Assembly (NCBI GenBank): GCA_964631685.1
Contig: CAZVZU010000003.1
Coordinates: forward strand, 32,001-96,000
Reading direction: 5' to 3'
Source of the DNA: an uncultured Actinomycetes bacterium
GTDB lineage: Bacteria > SZUA-79 > Acidulodesulfobacterales > Acidulodesulfobacteraceae
DNA: 64,000 bases
The position numbers and the translations under genes are program-made. Under the pieces are notes generated by a model. The model was not told the origin of the DNA, did no database searches, and saw nothing but the letters and a program-made list of their open reading frames with translations. Shown piece by piece: positions 18,224-28,271 of the stretch; position 1 is the first letter of the stretch, and each line of letters opens with the position of its first letter.

Positions 18224-19210
18224 ATGAACCTTGAAGTAAAAGATTTAGAAATAAGATTATATTCAAAAAAAATAGGCGGTGATTATATAAATGTTGCCGA
18301 TTCTGTTAGTTTAAGCGTAAAAGGCGGCGAAATTACGGCTCTTGTGGGAGAATCCGGTAGTGGCAAGTCATTCTTGGGTCTTTCCATTCTCAGACTAAAT
18401 CCGCCGGATATTTCAAGAATAGTTTCGGGCTCCATTAAAGTAAAATGCAGAGAAGAAAAGGAATGGATAGATATTACAGGGTTGTGTTCGAAGGATTTGT
18501 ATTCTGTGAGAGGCAGGCTTATATCAATGATATTCCAAGATCCTAATACGTCCCTAAATCCTGTTATCAAAATAGGCGATCAAATTACCGAATCTATATT
18601 TGCCCACAAGAAAATAGGAAAGCAAGAGGCAAAAGAGATAGCTATTTCTTACCTTAATCGTATGAATATTAATGGCAGGGCGAGGTTTAATTCTTATCCC
18701 CATGAATTATCGGGGGGAATGAGGCAAAGGGTTATGATTGCAATGGCGATGGTTCTCAACCCCTGCTTTTTAATTGCAGACGAGCCTACTACTTCGCTTG
18801 ATGTTACCACATCTTTGCAGGTTTTAAGCCTTATCGAAAAGATAAAAATAGAAGCTAATCTTGGAGTGATTTTCATAACGCATGATTTAAGTATTGCAAA
18901 GAATATATCGGATAAGATTTATGTATTTTATGCGGGGCAGGTAATGGAATGTGGGAAAACAGAGGATATATTGAACGAGCCCCTACATCCTTATACTGTA
19001 TCACTTATTAAAAGTGTACCATCCTTATCTGAGGATTATGTGCCAAAACAAAGACTCTTTACAATACCGGGTTATTTGACAAAAGATGATTTTTTAAAGG
19101 GAAAGTGTAGATTTTATTCCCGCTGCTTTAAGAGGGATGATGGTTGTCTCAAAGATATTGGTTTGATGGAGATAAGCCCGGGAAGGTCTATTAGATGTAT
19201 TAAGGTTTGA
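18224..19210 (+). CDS. oppD: Oligopeptide/dipeptide ABC transporter ATPase (OppD/DppD type)
   Basis: GESGSGKS, MIFQDP..SLNP, YPHELSGGMRQR, ADEPTT, ITHDL, HPYT, C-terminal Cys motif. Confidence 0.88.
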   Translation: MNLEVKDLEIRLYSKKIGGDYINVADSVSLSVKGGEITALVGESGSGKSFLGLSILRLNPPDISRIVSGSIKVKCREEKEWIDITGLCSKDLYSVRGRLISMIFQDPNTSLNPVIKIGDQITESIFAHKKIGKQEAKEIAISYLNRMNINGRARFNSYPHELSGGMRQRVMIAMAMVLNPCFLIADEPTTSLDVTTSLQVLSLIEKIKIEANLGVIFITHDLSIAKNISDKIYVFYAGQVMECGKTEDILNEPLHPYTVSLIKSVPSLSEDYVPKQRLFTIPGYLTKDDFLKGKCRFYSRCFKRDDGCLKDIGLMEISPGRSIRCIKV

Positions 19211-19257
19211 CTTGGATAACAAAAATAAATAATTAAGTAAAAATAAGTAATTAAGAT

Positions 19258-20256
19258 ATGGAAAAAGAAATAATTCTAAATGTTTCTAATCTTTCAAAGC
19301 ACTACGGGTATTATAAATCTATATTCCATGTGAAAAAGAACATTATTAAAGCGGTTGACGGCGTCACATTTGATGTTTTCGATAATGAAGTTTTTGCAGT
19401 GGTAGGGGAAACGGGCTGCGGTAAATCTACCCTTTCTAAATTAATTGCAGGATTAATAAGCAAGACATCCGGAGATATTTATTATCGCGGAGTATCATTG
19501 GATTACAGAAACAAAAAAAAAGACTTTAGAAAAAAAATTCAAATAGTTTTTCAAGATCCTTATTCGTCACTAAATCCAAAAAAAAAGATATATGAGATAA
19601 TTTCCTATCCCGCTGTTAAAAACAATATTATCAAAAAAAGCGATAAGCTGAATTTTGCCGTTTCCTTATTAGAAAAGGCAGGGTTGAGTAAAGAAATAGT
19701 CAATAACTATCCGCATGAATTATCAGGAGGACAAAGGCAAAGGGTAGGAATAGCTAGAAGTTTATCTGTAAATCCCGAGCTACTAATTCTTGATGAGCCC
19801 GTATCTGCTCTTGATATGTCCATATCTGCACAGATTTTAAATCTTCTCATGGATTTACATGAAAGGGAGCAAATGACCTATATATTTATAACGCATGATC
19901 TGAAGCTGGTAAGGCATATGGCCGACAGAGTTTGTGTTATGTACGACGGAAAGATAATGGAAATTTCATCGTCGAAAGATTTTTTTAGCGAACCTGCCCA
20001 TCCTTATTCTAATGTTCTTTACAATTCTATGCTCTCTTATAACTTCAGGGAACGGTTAAATCTTGTAAAATTGGCGGAAAACTGTGAGGAATCGGATGTT
20101 GCTAAAAAGGAAAACATAAAAAACGAGGGATGCGTATATTTCAAAAAATGCTACGCTTCTAAGGAAATATGCGGGGTAAGCAAGCCCCCTTTGAAAGAGT
20201 TGGGGCGCAACAGGACCGTAAGCTGTTTCTTTCCGTTTACTCATCGGGGTCTTTGA
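19258..20256 (+). CDS. oppF: Oligopeptide/dipeptide ABC transporter ATPase (OppF/DppF type)
   Basis: KAVDGV, GETGCGKST, QIVFQDPYSSLNP, LSGGQRQR, DEPVSALD. Confidence 0.88.
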   Translation: MEKEIILNVSNLSKHYGYYKSIFHVKKNIIKAVDGVTFDVFDNEVFAVVGETGCGKSTLSKLIAGLISKTSGDIYYRGVSLDYRNKKKDFRKKIQIVFQDPYSSLNPKKKIYEIISYPAVKNNIIKKSDKLNFAVSLLEKAGLSKEIVNNYPHELSGGQRQRVGIARSLSVNPELLILDEPVSALDMSISAQILNLLMDLHEREQMTYIFITHDLKLVRHMADRVCVMYDGKIMEISSSKDFFSEPAHPYSNVLYNSMLSYNFRERLNLVKLAENCEESDVAKKENIKNEGCVYFKKCYASKEICGVSKPPLKELGRNRTVSCFFPFTHRGL

Positions 20257-20803
20257 ATATATCATCTTCATCTGTTAGCGACAGATGCTTTAAGTGATCC
20301 ATGTAGTCATTCGTTGTCCGTGCTTTTTCTTCCGTTTCTGCTCTAGATTGACAATGTACGCACAAGTTTGAATAAGGGAGTATTTTTAATCTTTTTTTCG
20401 AGATTAGTTCTCCGCACTCGTCACAAACCCCATAAGTCCCTTCCTCTATTTTCATAAGGACATTGTCTATTTCTCTTATTTTTTTTCTCTCTCTATCTCC
20501 AAGCATATATGAAAGTTCGCGGTCTATTTCGTCGGATGCTATATCATAGTTATCCCCTTTGTACTCTGAGGAATCCTTTGATGAACCTTTCTTGATGCTT
20601 GCATCTATCTCTTTGAAAATTTCTTTTTTTAAGAGGTTCAGTGCTTTTTTAATTTCCCCTATTTCTTTTGTAGAAAACTCGTCTGTGTTTAACTCGAGCT
20701 GTTCTTTTGACGACCTGTGATTGTCCTTATTTTCTTCGATACCTTTTGTATTTTTTGCCGCGGACAACCTTTTTGAACATCTCTTATTTTTCGTTTCTCC
20801 CAT
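20237..20803 (-). CDS. dksA: DksA/TraR C4 zinc-finger transcription factor
   Basis: DxxDxA (DNYDIA), EGTYGVCDECGE.I...RL, CVHCQ. ATG at 20803 fits a GAGGTG RBS; the track's GTG at 20812 is an alternative start. Confidence 0.85.
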   Translation of the reverse strand: MGETKNKRCSKRLSAAKNTKGIEENKDNHRSSKEQLELNTDEFSTKEIGEIKKALNLLKKEIFKEIDASIKKGSSKDSSEYKGDNYDIASDEIDRELSYMLGDRERKKIREIDNVLMKIEEGTYGVCDECGELISKKRLKILPYSNLCVHCQSRAETEEKARTTNDYMDHLKHLSLTDEDDIFKDPDE

Positions 20804-20944
20804 TTTTTTCACACCTCGTTATATATAAAAATTTTACTTTTTAAAAATGTTGAAGTAGTATATATTTAATAAGATTTAAAAGCAACTCTAAAAATGCTTT
20901 ATCAGTTTTATAATACAAAAAATTAATTTTGAAAGGTAAAATAA

Positions 20945-22405
20945 ATGAAAAATGAAATGGAGCGTAATTTATGCGGGAGAATTTTTGAATATGGATATAA
21001 CGGCAAAGAAAAATCGGAAATAGGCATAAGGACGCCTTACCAAGTAGATAGGGATAGGATAATACATTCTAGCGCATTCAGAAGACTTCGCAATAAGACT
21101 CAGGTTTTTGGTGTTTTCACGTTGGATTATTATAGGACGAGACTCACACATTCACTTGAGGTTTCTCAAATTGCCCGTTCTATAGCATCTAATATCAATA
21201 AAAATTACGGTTTAAACGTGGACATTGATCTTGTCGAGGCTATTTCCCTTGCTCATGATATAGGACATCCGCCGTTTGGGCATACAGGAGAAGACGTTAT
21301 AAATACAAAGTTGCAAGAAGTTACTTCCGGAGAGTACGGTTTTGAGGCAAATGCTCAAAATATTAGGATACTTAATTTTCTTGAAAGAAAGTTTTATGAT
21401 AGCGATAAAGGTAAAATATACGGAATCAATCCATCCTTAAAGACGATAGATGGAATATTAAAATATAAATTACCTTATTTGTTATCGGATAAGTCGAAAC
21501 ACTTTATATACGATGAAGATATTTTTATATTGGAGCGACTCCACGGAAAAAATTTCATGGAATTCATAGAAAACAATCATATTTACCTAAACGCAGATAA
21601 AAACGCAAATGTTAAAGAAGAATTTTTTGAGGCTTCAAGGTCCATAGAATGCCAGATATTGAATGCAGCTGATGATATAGCTTATGCGACGCATGATTTG
21701 GAGGATGGCGTAGAGTCTAAGCTTATAGATATAAGTGGACACTCAAAGGTGAAAAAATATTTAAGTGAAGGCGGATTTTCTCTACAAGATTTAAATCAGC
21801 TTGAAGTTGATATAGATAATTTTTTTGGCGGTCTCAAGGAAATATTCAGTACTTTTGACGGCAATGACGCGGATAGAAATAATAATGGTATTATGAGCCA
21901 CATTAAGGTAAAAACCGATTTAAAGGAGTTTTTTTCTAGGTATATATCTAAATTTATCATAAATATAGGCGTAGAGGAAAGGAGAAAACGTTTGACTTGT
22001 GTCGGGAATAGTGTGATAGAAAACATCCCTCTTGATTTCAAAAATGATTCATATAGATACAATCTTGTTTTTAGAAACGGAGTCAATAGAGAAATAAAGG
22101 CGTTAAAGAAAATTTCATATAGGTTAATCATGGAGAATAGAGATATACTTCTAAATAGATATAAGGTTAAAAGTATCGTAGAAACGCTGTTTGCCATATT
22201 TTCCGACAAAGACAATCTTAAGCTTTATCCAGACGATTTTCAGGAATTGTATCGAAACGGATTTTATGATAAATTTGATAAAAATGGTTTTTATATTATG
22301 TGCAGTGATTATATAAGTGGTATGACCGATATATATGCTATCAAACTACATGCGTCATTATTTGAAGTCAAAAATTTCCTGAGTTTTTCTTCTTACGCCG
22401 ATTGA
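20945..22405 (+). CDS. dgt: dGTP triphosphohydrolase family HD protein
   Basis: DRDRIIHSSAFRRL..KTQVF, RTRLTHSLEV, AHDIGHPPFGH.GE, ADDIAY..HDLED, DYISGMTD. Confidence 0.93.
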   Translation: MKNEMERNLCGRIFEYGYNGKEKSEIGIRTPYQVDRDRIIHSSAFRRLRNKTQVFGVFTLDYYRTRLTHSLEVSQIARSIASNINKNYGLNVDIDLVEAISLAHDIGHPPFGHTGEDVINTKLQEVTSGEYGFEANAQNIRILNFLERKFYDSDKGKIYGINPSLKTIDGILKYKLPYLLSDKSKHFIYDEDIFILERLHGKNFMEFIENNHIYLNADKNANVKEEFFEASRSIECQILNAADDIAYATHDLEDGVESKLIDISGHSKVKKYLSEGGFSLQDLNQLEVDIDNFFGGLKEIFSTFDGNDADRNNNGIMSHIKVKTDLKEFFSRYISKFIINIGVEERRKRLTCVGNSVIENIPLDFKNDSYRYNLVFRNGVNREIKALKKISYRLIMENRDILLNRYKVKSIVETLFAIFSDKDNLKLYPDDFQELYRNGFYDKFDKNGFYIMCSDYISGMTDIYAIKLHASLFEVKNFLSFSSYAD

Positions 22406-22440
22406 TATAGCCGAATGGCCGGCAAGTTGAGCATGTTGGA

Positions 22441-23013
22441 TTATGCAAAAGCAATCTCAACAATTTCGCATATAATGTGAGCTATTAGTATGTGATTTTC
22501 CTGTATTCTGGGGGTATCGGAGGAGGGGGTTTTTATAATAAAATCGCACATATTTAACATGGCACCGCCATCTAGGCCTGTAAAACCGATAACTTTCATA
22601 TTTAGCTCTTTAGCTTTCATGATTGCGGATATAATATTTTTTGAGTTTCCCGATGTTGATATTCCCCAAAATATGTCCCCCCCGTGTGCATTTGCCTCCA
22701 ACTGTCTTGAGAATATACGCGTAAAATCATAATCGTTGGCTATTGCTGTTAAATTGGAAGTGTTTACGGTAAGACTTTCGGCAGGCAATGCCTTTCTCTC
22801 TTTGTAAAATCTTGAAACAAGCTCGGCGGCAATGTGTTGCGCGTCGGCTGCAGAACCGCCGTTACCCGCAATAAAAATTTTTCCACTGTTTTTATATGTA
22901 CGGATAATAACTTCAGATATTGCGCCTATGGTTGATATGAGCCTTTTATCCTCAGACGCCAACTTTAATAGTTTTTGAGCATCATTAAATCTTTCCGTTA
23001 TCAACCGTTTCAC
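22441..23013 (-). CDS. gmhA: D-sedoheptulose 7-phosphate isomerase
   Basis: GNGGSAADAQHIAAELV, TAIANDY, ISTSGNS, TPRIQE.H. Confidence 0.92.
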   Translation of the reverse strand: MKRLITERFNDAQKLLKLASEDKRLISTIGAISEVIIRTYKNSGKIFIAGNGGSAADAQHIAAELVSRFYKERKALPAESLTVNTSNLTAIANDYDFTRIFSRQLEANAHGGDIFWGISTSGNSKNIISAIMKAKELNMKVIGFTGLDGGAMLNMCDFIIKTPSSDTPRIQENHILIAHIICEIVEIAFA

Positions 23014-23053
23014 TGTTTTTTATCTGATATTTAAATTGAATATTAATATTTTT

Positions 23054-24331
23054 CTATTTGAAAAGTGTTTTGCCTATATCGCTTCTATTGTATTTATGTT
23101 CAAATCTTATGTGTTCTGCAACGGCATAAGCCTTATGCACAATATCCTGAGTTTTACCTTTAACGCAAACGTTTAGCACTCTTCCGCCAGTGGTGTAATA
23201 TTTTTCATTTACCTTTTTTGTTCCGGCGTGAAAAACATAACAATCTTCGTCTTTATCGGCATTAAGGTAGCATGAGTCTTCAAAGGAAATTTCATAACCG
23301 GTTTTGTAATCTTTCGGGTAGCCTAAAGACGATAAAACAAGGCAGATAGATTTGTTATCGTCAAATTCGAGCTCGTAATCCTTTAAATTACCAGTTATCA
23401 CACTCAAAAAGAGGTCTATAATATCGGATTTAAGCCTAATAAGTATGGCTTGCGTTTCGGGGTCTCCGAATCTGACGTTAAATTCGAGAACGTAAATATC
23501 GTCACCTTTTATCATAACCCCTGCATATAATACGCCCTTATAGTCTATACCTTCCCTGTGAAGTCCTTCTAATGTAGGCTCTATCACAGTTTTATTTATT
23601 TTATCCTCCAGGCTTTCTGAAACAAACGGGTTAGGGGAAATAGCTCCCATCCCACCTGTATTTTCACCCTTGTCTTCGTCCAATATTTTTTTGTAGTCCA
23701 TACTAGTAGCAAGGGGTTTATAGGAAACGCCGTCTGTAATTACCATATATGAAAGCTCAAAGCCGTCTAAGTATTCTTCTACGATAACTGTTTTTCCATT
23801 TTCACCAAAAATATTTTTATTAAAGATTAAATCTAAAATATTCTTCGATTCCTCGAATCCGTTTGAGATAAAAACACCCTTTCCTGCGGCAAGTCCGCTT
23901 GCTTTCACGACTAATGGGTAATGGCCATCCTTAACAAAGCCAACCGCTTCGGAAAAATTTGTAAATGAACGATAATCCGCCGTTTTTATATTGTTCCTCT
24001 TAAGAAAATCTTTGGCATATTCTTTTGACGATTCCAAAAGGGATGCTTGTTTGTTGGGTCCGAATATTTTTAAACCGTTTTTGATAAATTCATCTACTAT
24101 TCCCAAAGATAAAGGAATCTCTGGGCCAACTATGGTTAAATCTATTTCTTTATTCCTTGCAAAATCAACAAGACCTTTTATATCATCCTGTTTTATCATG
24201 ACATTTTCGGCATTAATTGATGTGCCACCATTGCCCGGTGCACAGTATACCTTGGTATTGACCTTTGAATTTTTAATGGCACGGACGATAGCGCTCTCTC
24301 TTCCACCCGAGCCTACAACGAGAACATTCAT
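23054..24331 (-). CDS. purD: Phosphoribosylamine--glycine ligase
   Basis: VVGSGGRE, APGNGG, VGPE.PL, KASGLAAGKGV, NTGGMGA, EFNVRFGDPE, GGRVL. Confidence 0.96.
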   Translation of the reverse strand: MNVLVVGSGGRESAIVRAIKNSKVNTKVYCAPGNGGTSINAENVMIKQDDIKGLVDFARNKEIDLTIVGPEIPLSLGIVDEFIKNGLKIFGPNKQASLLESSKEYAKDFLKRNNIKTADYRSFTNFSEAVGFVKDGHYPLVVKASGLAAGKGVFISNGFEESKNILDLIFNKNIFGENGKTVIVEEYLDGFELSYMVITDGVSYKPLATSMDYKKILDEDKGENTGGMGAISPNPFVSESLEDKINKTVIEPTLEGLHREGIDYKGVLYAGVMIKGDDIYVLEFNVRFGDPETQAILIRLKSDIIDLFLSVITGNLKDYELEFDDNKSICLVLSSLGYPKDYKTGYEISFEDSCYLNADKDEDCYVFHAGTKKVNEKYYTTGGRVLNVCVKGKTQDIVHKAYAVAEHIRFEHKYNRSDIGKTLFK

Positions 24332-24396
24332 GGATATATTCCTATCTCCTTTTTTAATTCTTTCCTTATCGTTAAAGAATATAACGAAACAGATGT

Positions 24397-26013
24397 TTAA
24401 TGTTTAAAATGCCTTACGTTAGTGAATACCATAGGAATATTTAATTTATTTGCCTCATCTACGACCTCGTCATCCCTTATGGAACCGCCGGGCTCTATGA
24501 TACCTATTACGCCTATTTTACCTGCGTATTCTATCGAATCCTTGAACGGAAAAAATCCATCCGAAGCCATAACGAAATGCTCAATATTGCCATAAGCGTT
24601 CACCATTTTTTGATATGCAAATTTAGCGCTGTCTATTCTTGACATCTGACCTGCTCCGATACCTTTAGTGGTACGATCTTTTGCGTACACTATTGCATTA
24701 GACTTGACATGTTTGGCAATTTTCCATGCAAACAGAAGATTATCCATTGTGTCGTCGCTAATCTTTTTGTTGGTAACAGTTTTAAATAGGTGCAACGCAT
24801 CCGATACATCATCTTTTTCTTGTACTAGTATGCCCCCCGATGCGCTTCTTAGGGAAAATTTATCTCTTTTAAGCATGAAATCGTTAAAATACTCTATTAT
24901 TATTGTATTTTTTTTGGTTTTTAGAATTTCTGCGGCATCCTCGCTATAACCCGGAGCCAAAATAATTTCAACAAAAAAAGGTTTTATTTTTAATGCGGTG
25001 TCTTTGTCTACGGGCTTGTTAAAGCTCATTATCCCGCCGTAAGACGAGATTTCATCTGTTTTTCTCGCTTTAATGAAGGCATCTTCTAATGATATCTTGC
25101 TTAATGCGGCACCGCAGGGGTTAGTGTGCTTAACTATCACGGAAAACCAATCATTTTCCGTATAAAAATCTCTCATCACGCTGAGAGCTGAATCTATGTC
25201 TAAGAGATTGTTGTATGAAATATCCTTTCCCGATATTTTTTTAAAGCCAGGATAATTATCTATTTTGCGCTCGGTTGTAGTTAGTATTTTGAAATCTTTG
25301 TCCGTTGACGTTTCATAAAAAGCAGCTTTTTGATGGGGATTTTCGCCATATCTTAGGCGCGATAATTTTCTTAAATTTAATATTAACTCTCCTTCGAAGA
25401 CCGTATCTTTTTCCCCCTCGTCTGAAACGAGAAAATTAGAAATCTCATTGTCATAGCATGCGGTGAGTTTAAAGGCTTCGTATGCAAATATTTTTTTGAT
25501 TTCCAAGGGTATTTCTTGTTTATTTTTAAGAAATTCTATCGTATCGGGGTAGTAATCAGGGTTTATCACAACGGAAACATGTTTAAAGTTCTTTGCTGCG
25601 GCCCTTATCAGAGAAACGCCGCCTATATCTATGAATTCAAGTTTTTCTTCCATCGTTATATCGTTGCCTTTCATTTCTTTAAACGGATATAAATTGACGA
25701 CAACAAAATCTATGGGATTTATGTTGTTTTTCCTCATATCCTCCGTGTGTTCTTCGTTGTCCCTTATGGATAATATTCCTCCAAAAATAGCAGGATGTAA
25801 GGTTTTAACCCTTCCATTCATAATTTCCGGAAAGTTGGTTATATCTTCTACGCGTTTTAAATCGATGATACCCGCGGCTTCCAATGTGTTGTATGTATTT
25901 CCGGTTGCAATTATTGTGTAGCCGGCTATTTCAAGGTAGGTGGCAAGTTCTACTACGCCTGTTTTATCGTAAACAGACACAAGAGCATATCTTTTTTTAG
26001 GCATAACGGTCAT
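24397..26013 (-). CDS. purH: Bifunctional AICAR transformylase/IMP cyclohydrolase
   Basis: ALVSVYDKTG, GRVKTLHP, IDIGG, LRYGENPHQ, KHTNPCG, KSNAI, ASDGFFPF, RHFKH. Confidence 0.97.
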   Translation of the reverse strand: MTVMPKKRYALVSVYDKTGVVELATYLEIAGYTIIATGNTYNTLEAAGIIDLKRVEDITNFPEIMNGRVKTLHPAIFGGILSIRDNEEHTEDMRKNNINPIDFVVVNLYPFKEMKGNDITMEEKLEFIDIGGVSLIRAAAKNFKHVSVVINPDYYPDTIEFLKNKQEIPLEIKKIFAYEAFKLTACYDNEISNFLVSDEGEKDTVFEGELILNLRKLSRLRYGENPHQKAAFYETSTDKDFKILTTTERKIDNYPGFKKISGKDISYNNLLDIDSALSVMRDFYTENDWFSVIVKHTNPCGAALSKISLEDAFIKARKTDEISSYGGIMSFNKPVDKDTALKIKPFFVEIILAPGYSEDAAEILKTKKNTIIIEYFNDFMLKRDKFSLRSASGGILVQEKDDVSDALHLFKTVTNKKISDDTMDNLLFAWKIAKHVKSNAIVYAKDRTTKGIGAGQMSRIDSAKFAYQKMVNAYGNIEHFVMASDGFFPFKDSIEYAGKIGVIGIIEPGGSIRDDEVVDEANKLNIPMVFTNVRHFKH

Positions 26014-26141
26014 TTTTTCCTTTGATTTTAAAATATTATATAGTAGAATATAACAGAATTTTATTACATTCTACTAATTTTAAATATTTATTTCAATCAA
26101 TAATTTTACGGCTAATCTTCACTATAGTCAGGGAGGGGTGG

Positions 26142-26315
26142 ATGAAAAGATTAAAATTGGCGACCTTATTCTTTTTGATTTTTATTACGACAAATTTTCT
26201 GACGGGATGTGCTCTTTTGCTTATCGGCGGTCTCGCCGGAACCACCGGTTATTTTGCCGCTAAGCAAGGTTACTCCGTTCAATCCCCTATTATTAAGAAG
26301 AATAAACAAAAATAA
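26142..26315 (+). CDS. Small hypothetical lipoprotein (57 aa)
   Basis: GGGAGGGG RBS before ATG 26142; MKRLK + hydrophobic stretch + lipobox LTGC; Gly-rich helix follows. Confidence 0.7.
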   Translation: MKRLKLATLFFLIFITTNFLTGCALLLIGGLAGTTGYFAAKQGYSVQSPIIKKNKQK

Positions 26316-26352
26316 CCGTGATGATTTTATGGGTGAAACGGAGAAAAATGAT

Positions 26353-26844
26353 ATGGAAGTCTTAATTGTTATTGGCTCTAAAAACGATTTGACCGACATA
26401 GATGGTGCAATTAATATATTAAACAAGTTTAATGTTACGTTTGAAGTTCATATTTCATCCGCGCATAGGACGCTTAAAAGAACTATAGAGCTCGTTGAAT
26501 CATCCGAAAAACACGGCACAAAGGTGATTATTGCGGCTGCGGGGATGAGCGCTCATCTTCCGGGTGTCATTGCTGCCTTAACTGTTATGCCGGTTATAGG
26601 CGTCCCTCTTGACTCGTCTGCCCTGCACGGCATAGACAGTCTATTATCTATTGTTCAAATGCCGTCGGGCATTCCCGTTGCAACGACAGCCATCGGCAAA
26701 ACAGGTGCGACTAATGCCGCTCTTCTTTCAATCTCCATTCTTGCCGTTAACAATGTAGGTTTGACCGAAAAACTTAAGAAATATAGGAAAGAGCTTGAAG
26801 AATCCGTTGCTAAATCGGACAGTGAGCTTAATATAAATTCTTAA
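26353..26844 (+). CDS. purE: N5-CAIR mutase
   Basis: IGSKND, SSAHRT, IAAAGMSAHLPG, PVIGVP, SIVQMPSGIPVAT. Start at 26353 (GGAGA upstream) or 26329. Confidence 0.95.
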   Translation: MEVLIVIGSKNDLTDIDGAINILNKFNVTFEVHISSAHRTLKRTIELVESSEKHGTKVIIAAAGMSAHLPGVIAALTVMPVIGVPLDSSALHGIDSLLSIVQMPSGIPVATTAIGKTGATNAALLSISILAVNNVGLTEKLKKYRKELEESVAKSDSELNINS

Positions 26845-26914
26845 TGGTTATGACAAGGGTTTTCTGATTCTAATCGGCAACAATAAATTTATTATAAGAT
26901 CTTAATGAAATATT

Positions 26915-27379
26915 ATGGGAAATATGAGATTAAGCCTTTCGATATATGCTAATCTATCGGTTTCTGTACTCACAGGGGTTTTGGCGCAACTTTTTATGAA
27001 ATACGGCATGAACGGCTTAAAAAGCAACGGCCGTTTAGTCGGAATACATCTAAATATTTCATCGGTTTTGCTTTCTAATGTTATCAATATTTTATATGTA
27101 ATTTTTACAAACAAGTTTGTCATAATGGGTATTATTTTATATTTGATATCAATGTTTTTTTGGATTAATGTCCTGTCTAAAATAGATTTATCGGTGGCAT
27201 ACCCATTTGTGAGTATAGGGGTCGTTCTTACCGTTGTACTCGCGGCGATTATGCTTCACGAGTCTATACCCCTGCTAAGGTGGATAGGAATATTTGTCAC
27301 CCTGTCGGGAGTATATCTTATCGTGTCTTCTCATAAAGACAATGGCAAGGCAGGGTTAAAACGAACGGTAACGAGTTAA
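26915..27379 (+). CDS. Small EamA/SMR-superfamily membrane protein (ArnE/ArnF-like)
   Basis: Four TM helices; AQLFMK.G, W..VLSKIDLSVAYPF.S, L.E.I...RWIG. Confidence 0.8.
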   Translation: MGNMRLSLSIYANLSVSVLTGVLAQLFMKYGMNGLKSNGRLVGIHLNISSVLLSNVINILYVIFTNKFVIMGIILYLISMFFWINVLSKIDLSVAYPFVSIGVVLTVVLAAIMLHESIPLLRWIGIFVTLSGVYLIVSSHKDNGKAGLKRTVTS

Positions 27380-27480
27380 TTGCCTGCTCGTAACGGGTAA
27401 ACTTGAAAATGGCGAATATAAAAATGTTTACTTCTTAAATATGGTGGTTGATGGGTTATAGCAATGCCCATGTATGAAAA

Positions 27481-28206
27481 ATGTTAATCATTAAAGATTA
27501 TATGAAAACACAAGAGCAAATCAAGAAATTAGCGCCGTGTCGGATCGGACTTAATGACGGTTTGAAAATTTGTAATTTGAATGATTTGACAGAAAAGGAT
27601 TATGCCGATATCGGTGAATATATGAGTTCGTCGGGTATTATCATTTATCCGACCGAAACATCTTATGCAATTGGGGCTAACGCCCTTGATAATACCGCAG
27701 TAAATGCGATTTACAGCATTAAGGGCAGGGAACTTACAGAACCACTTCCTATTATAGTAAAAGATTTAAATATGTTAATTAATCTTGCTTATGTTAATAG
27801 GCAGGAAGAGGATATTATTTCAAAATTCTGGCCGGGGCCGTTGACTATATTGTTTAAATCTAAAAAAATAAACAATTATTTTTTGTTTACATCTGATTCA
27901 GAATTTATAGGTGCAAGGATTTCGCCTCATTCCTTTCTTGAGTCGTTGTTTGATAAAATAGATTTTCCGATAATTTCTACAAGCGCAAATATTTCGGGAG
28001 AGGATAGCCTGACGGATTTAGAAGGCGTAAGAAGAGTTTTTGGTGCATATGGAGATAAGGTTATTGTGATAAGCGATAGTGAGCTTTCAGGAGGTTCATC
28101 TACCATAATAAGGATAGAAAAAGGAAAGGTTACGATAGTGAGGGAAGGCGATAACAATATGAAGGAGCGTCTATCTTGCTACATGAGAAATAAAAAATTG
28201 TTATAG
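27481..28206 (+). CDS. tsaC: L-threonylcarbamoyladenylate synthase
   Basis: YPTETSYAIG, IKGR...PL, FWPGPLT, STSANISGE, SSTII; exact start uncertain. Confidence 0.92.
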   Translation: MLIIKDYMKTQEQIKKLAPCRIGLNDGLKICNLNDLTEKDYADIGEYMSSSGIIIYPTETSYAIGANALDNTAVNAIYSIKGRELTEPLPIIVKDLNMLINLAYVNRQEEDIISKFWPGPLTILFKSKKINNYFLFTSDSEFIGARISPHSFLESLFDKIDFPIISTSANISGEDSLTDLEGVRRVFGAYGDKVIVISDSELSGGSSTIIRIEKGKVTIVREGDNNMKERLSCYMRNKKLL

Positions 28207-28271
28207 TTGTTATATAAATAATAGGACGCTCTCCTCATATGTGCGGAGAGGGAGTTGGAGGTGCGGATAGA

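Noticed and set aside
26022..26352. Longer track starts for the lipoprotein (26022) and purE (26209)
   Set aside because: RBS positions and homology favour 26142 and 26353/26329; the longer purE would overlap the lipoprotein gene.
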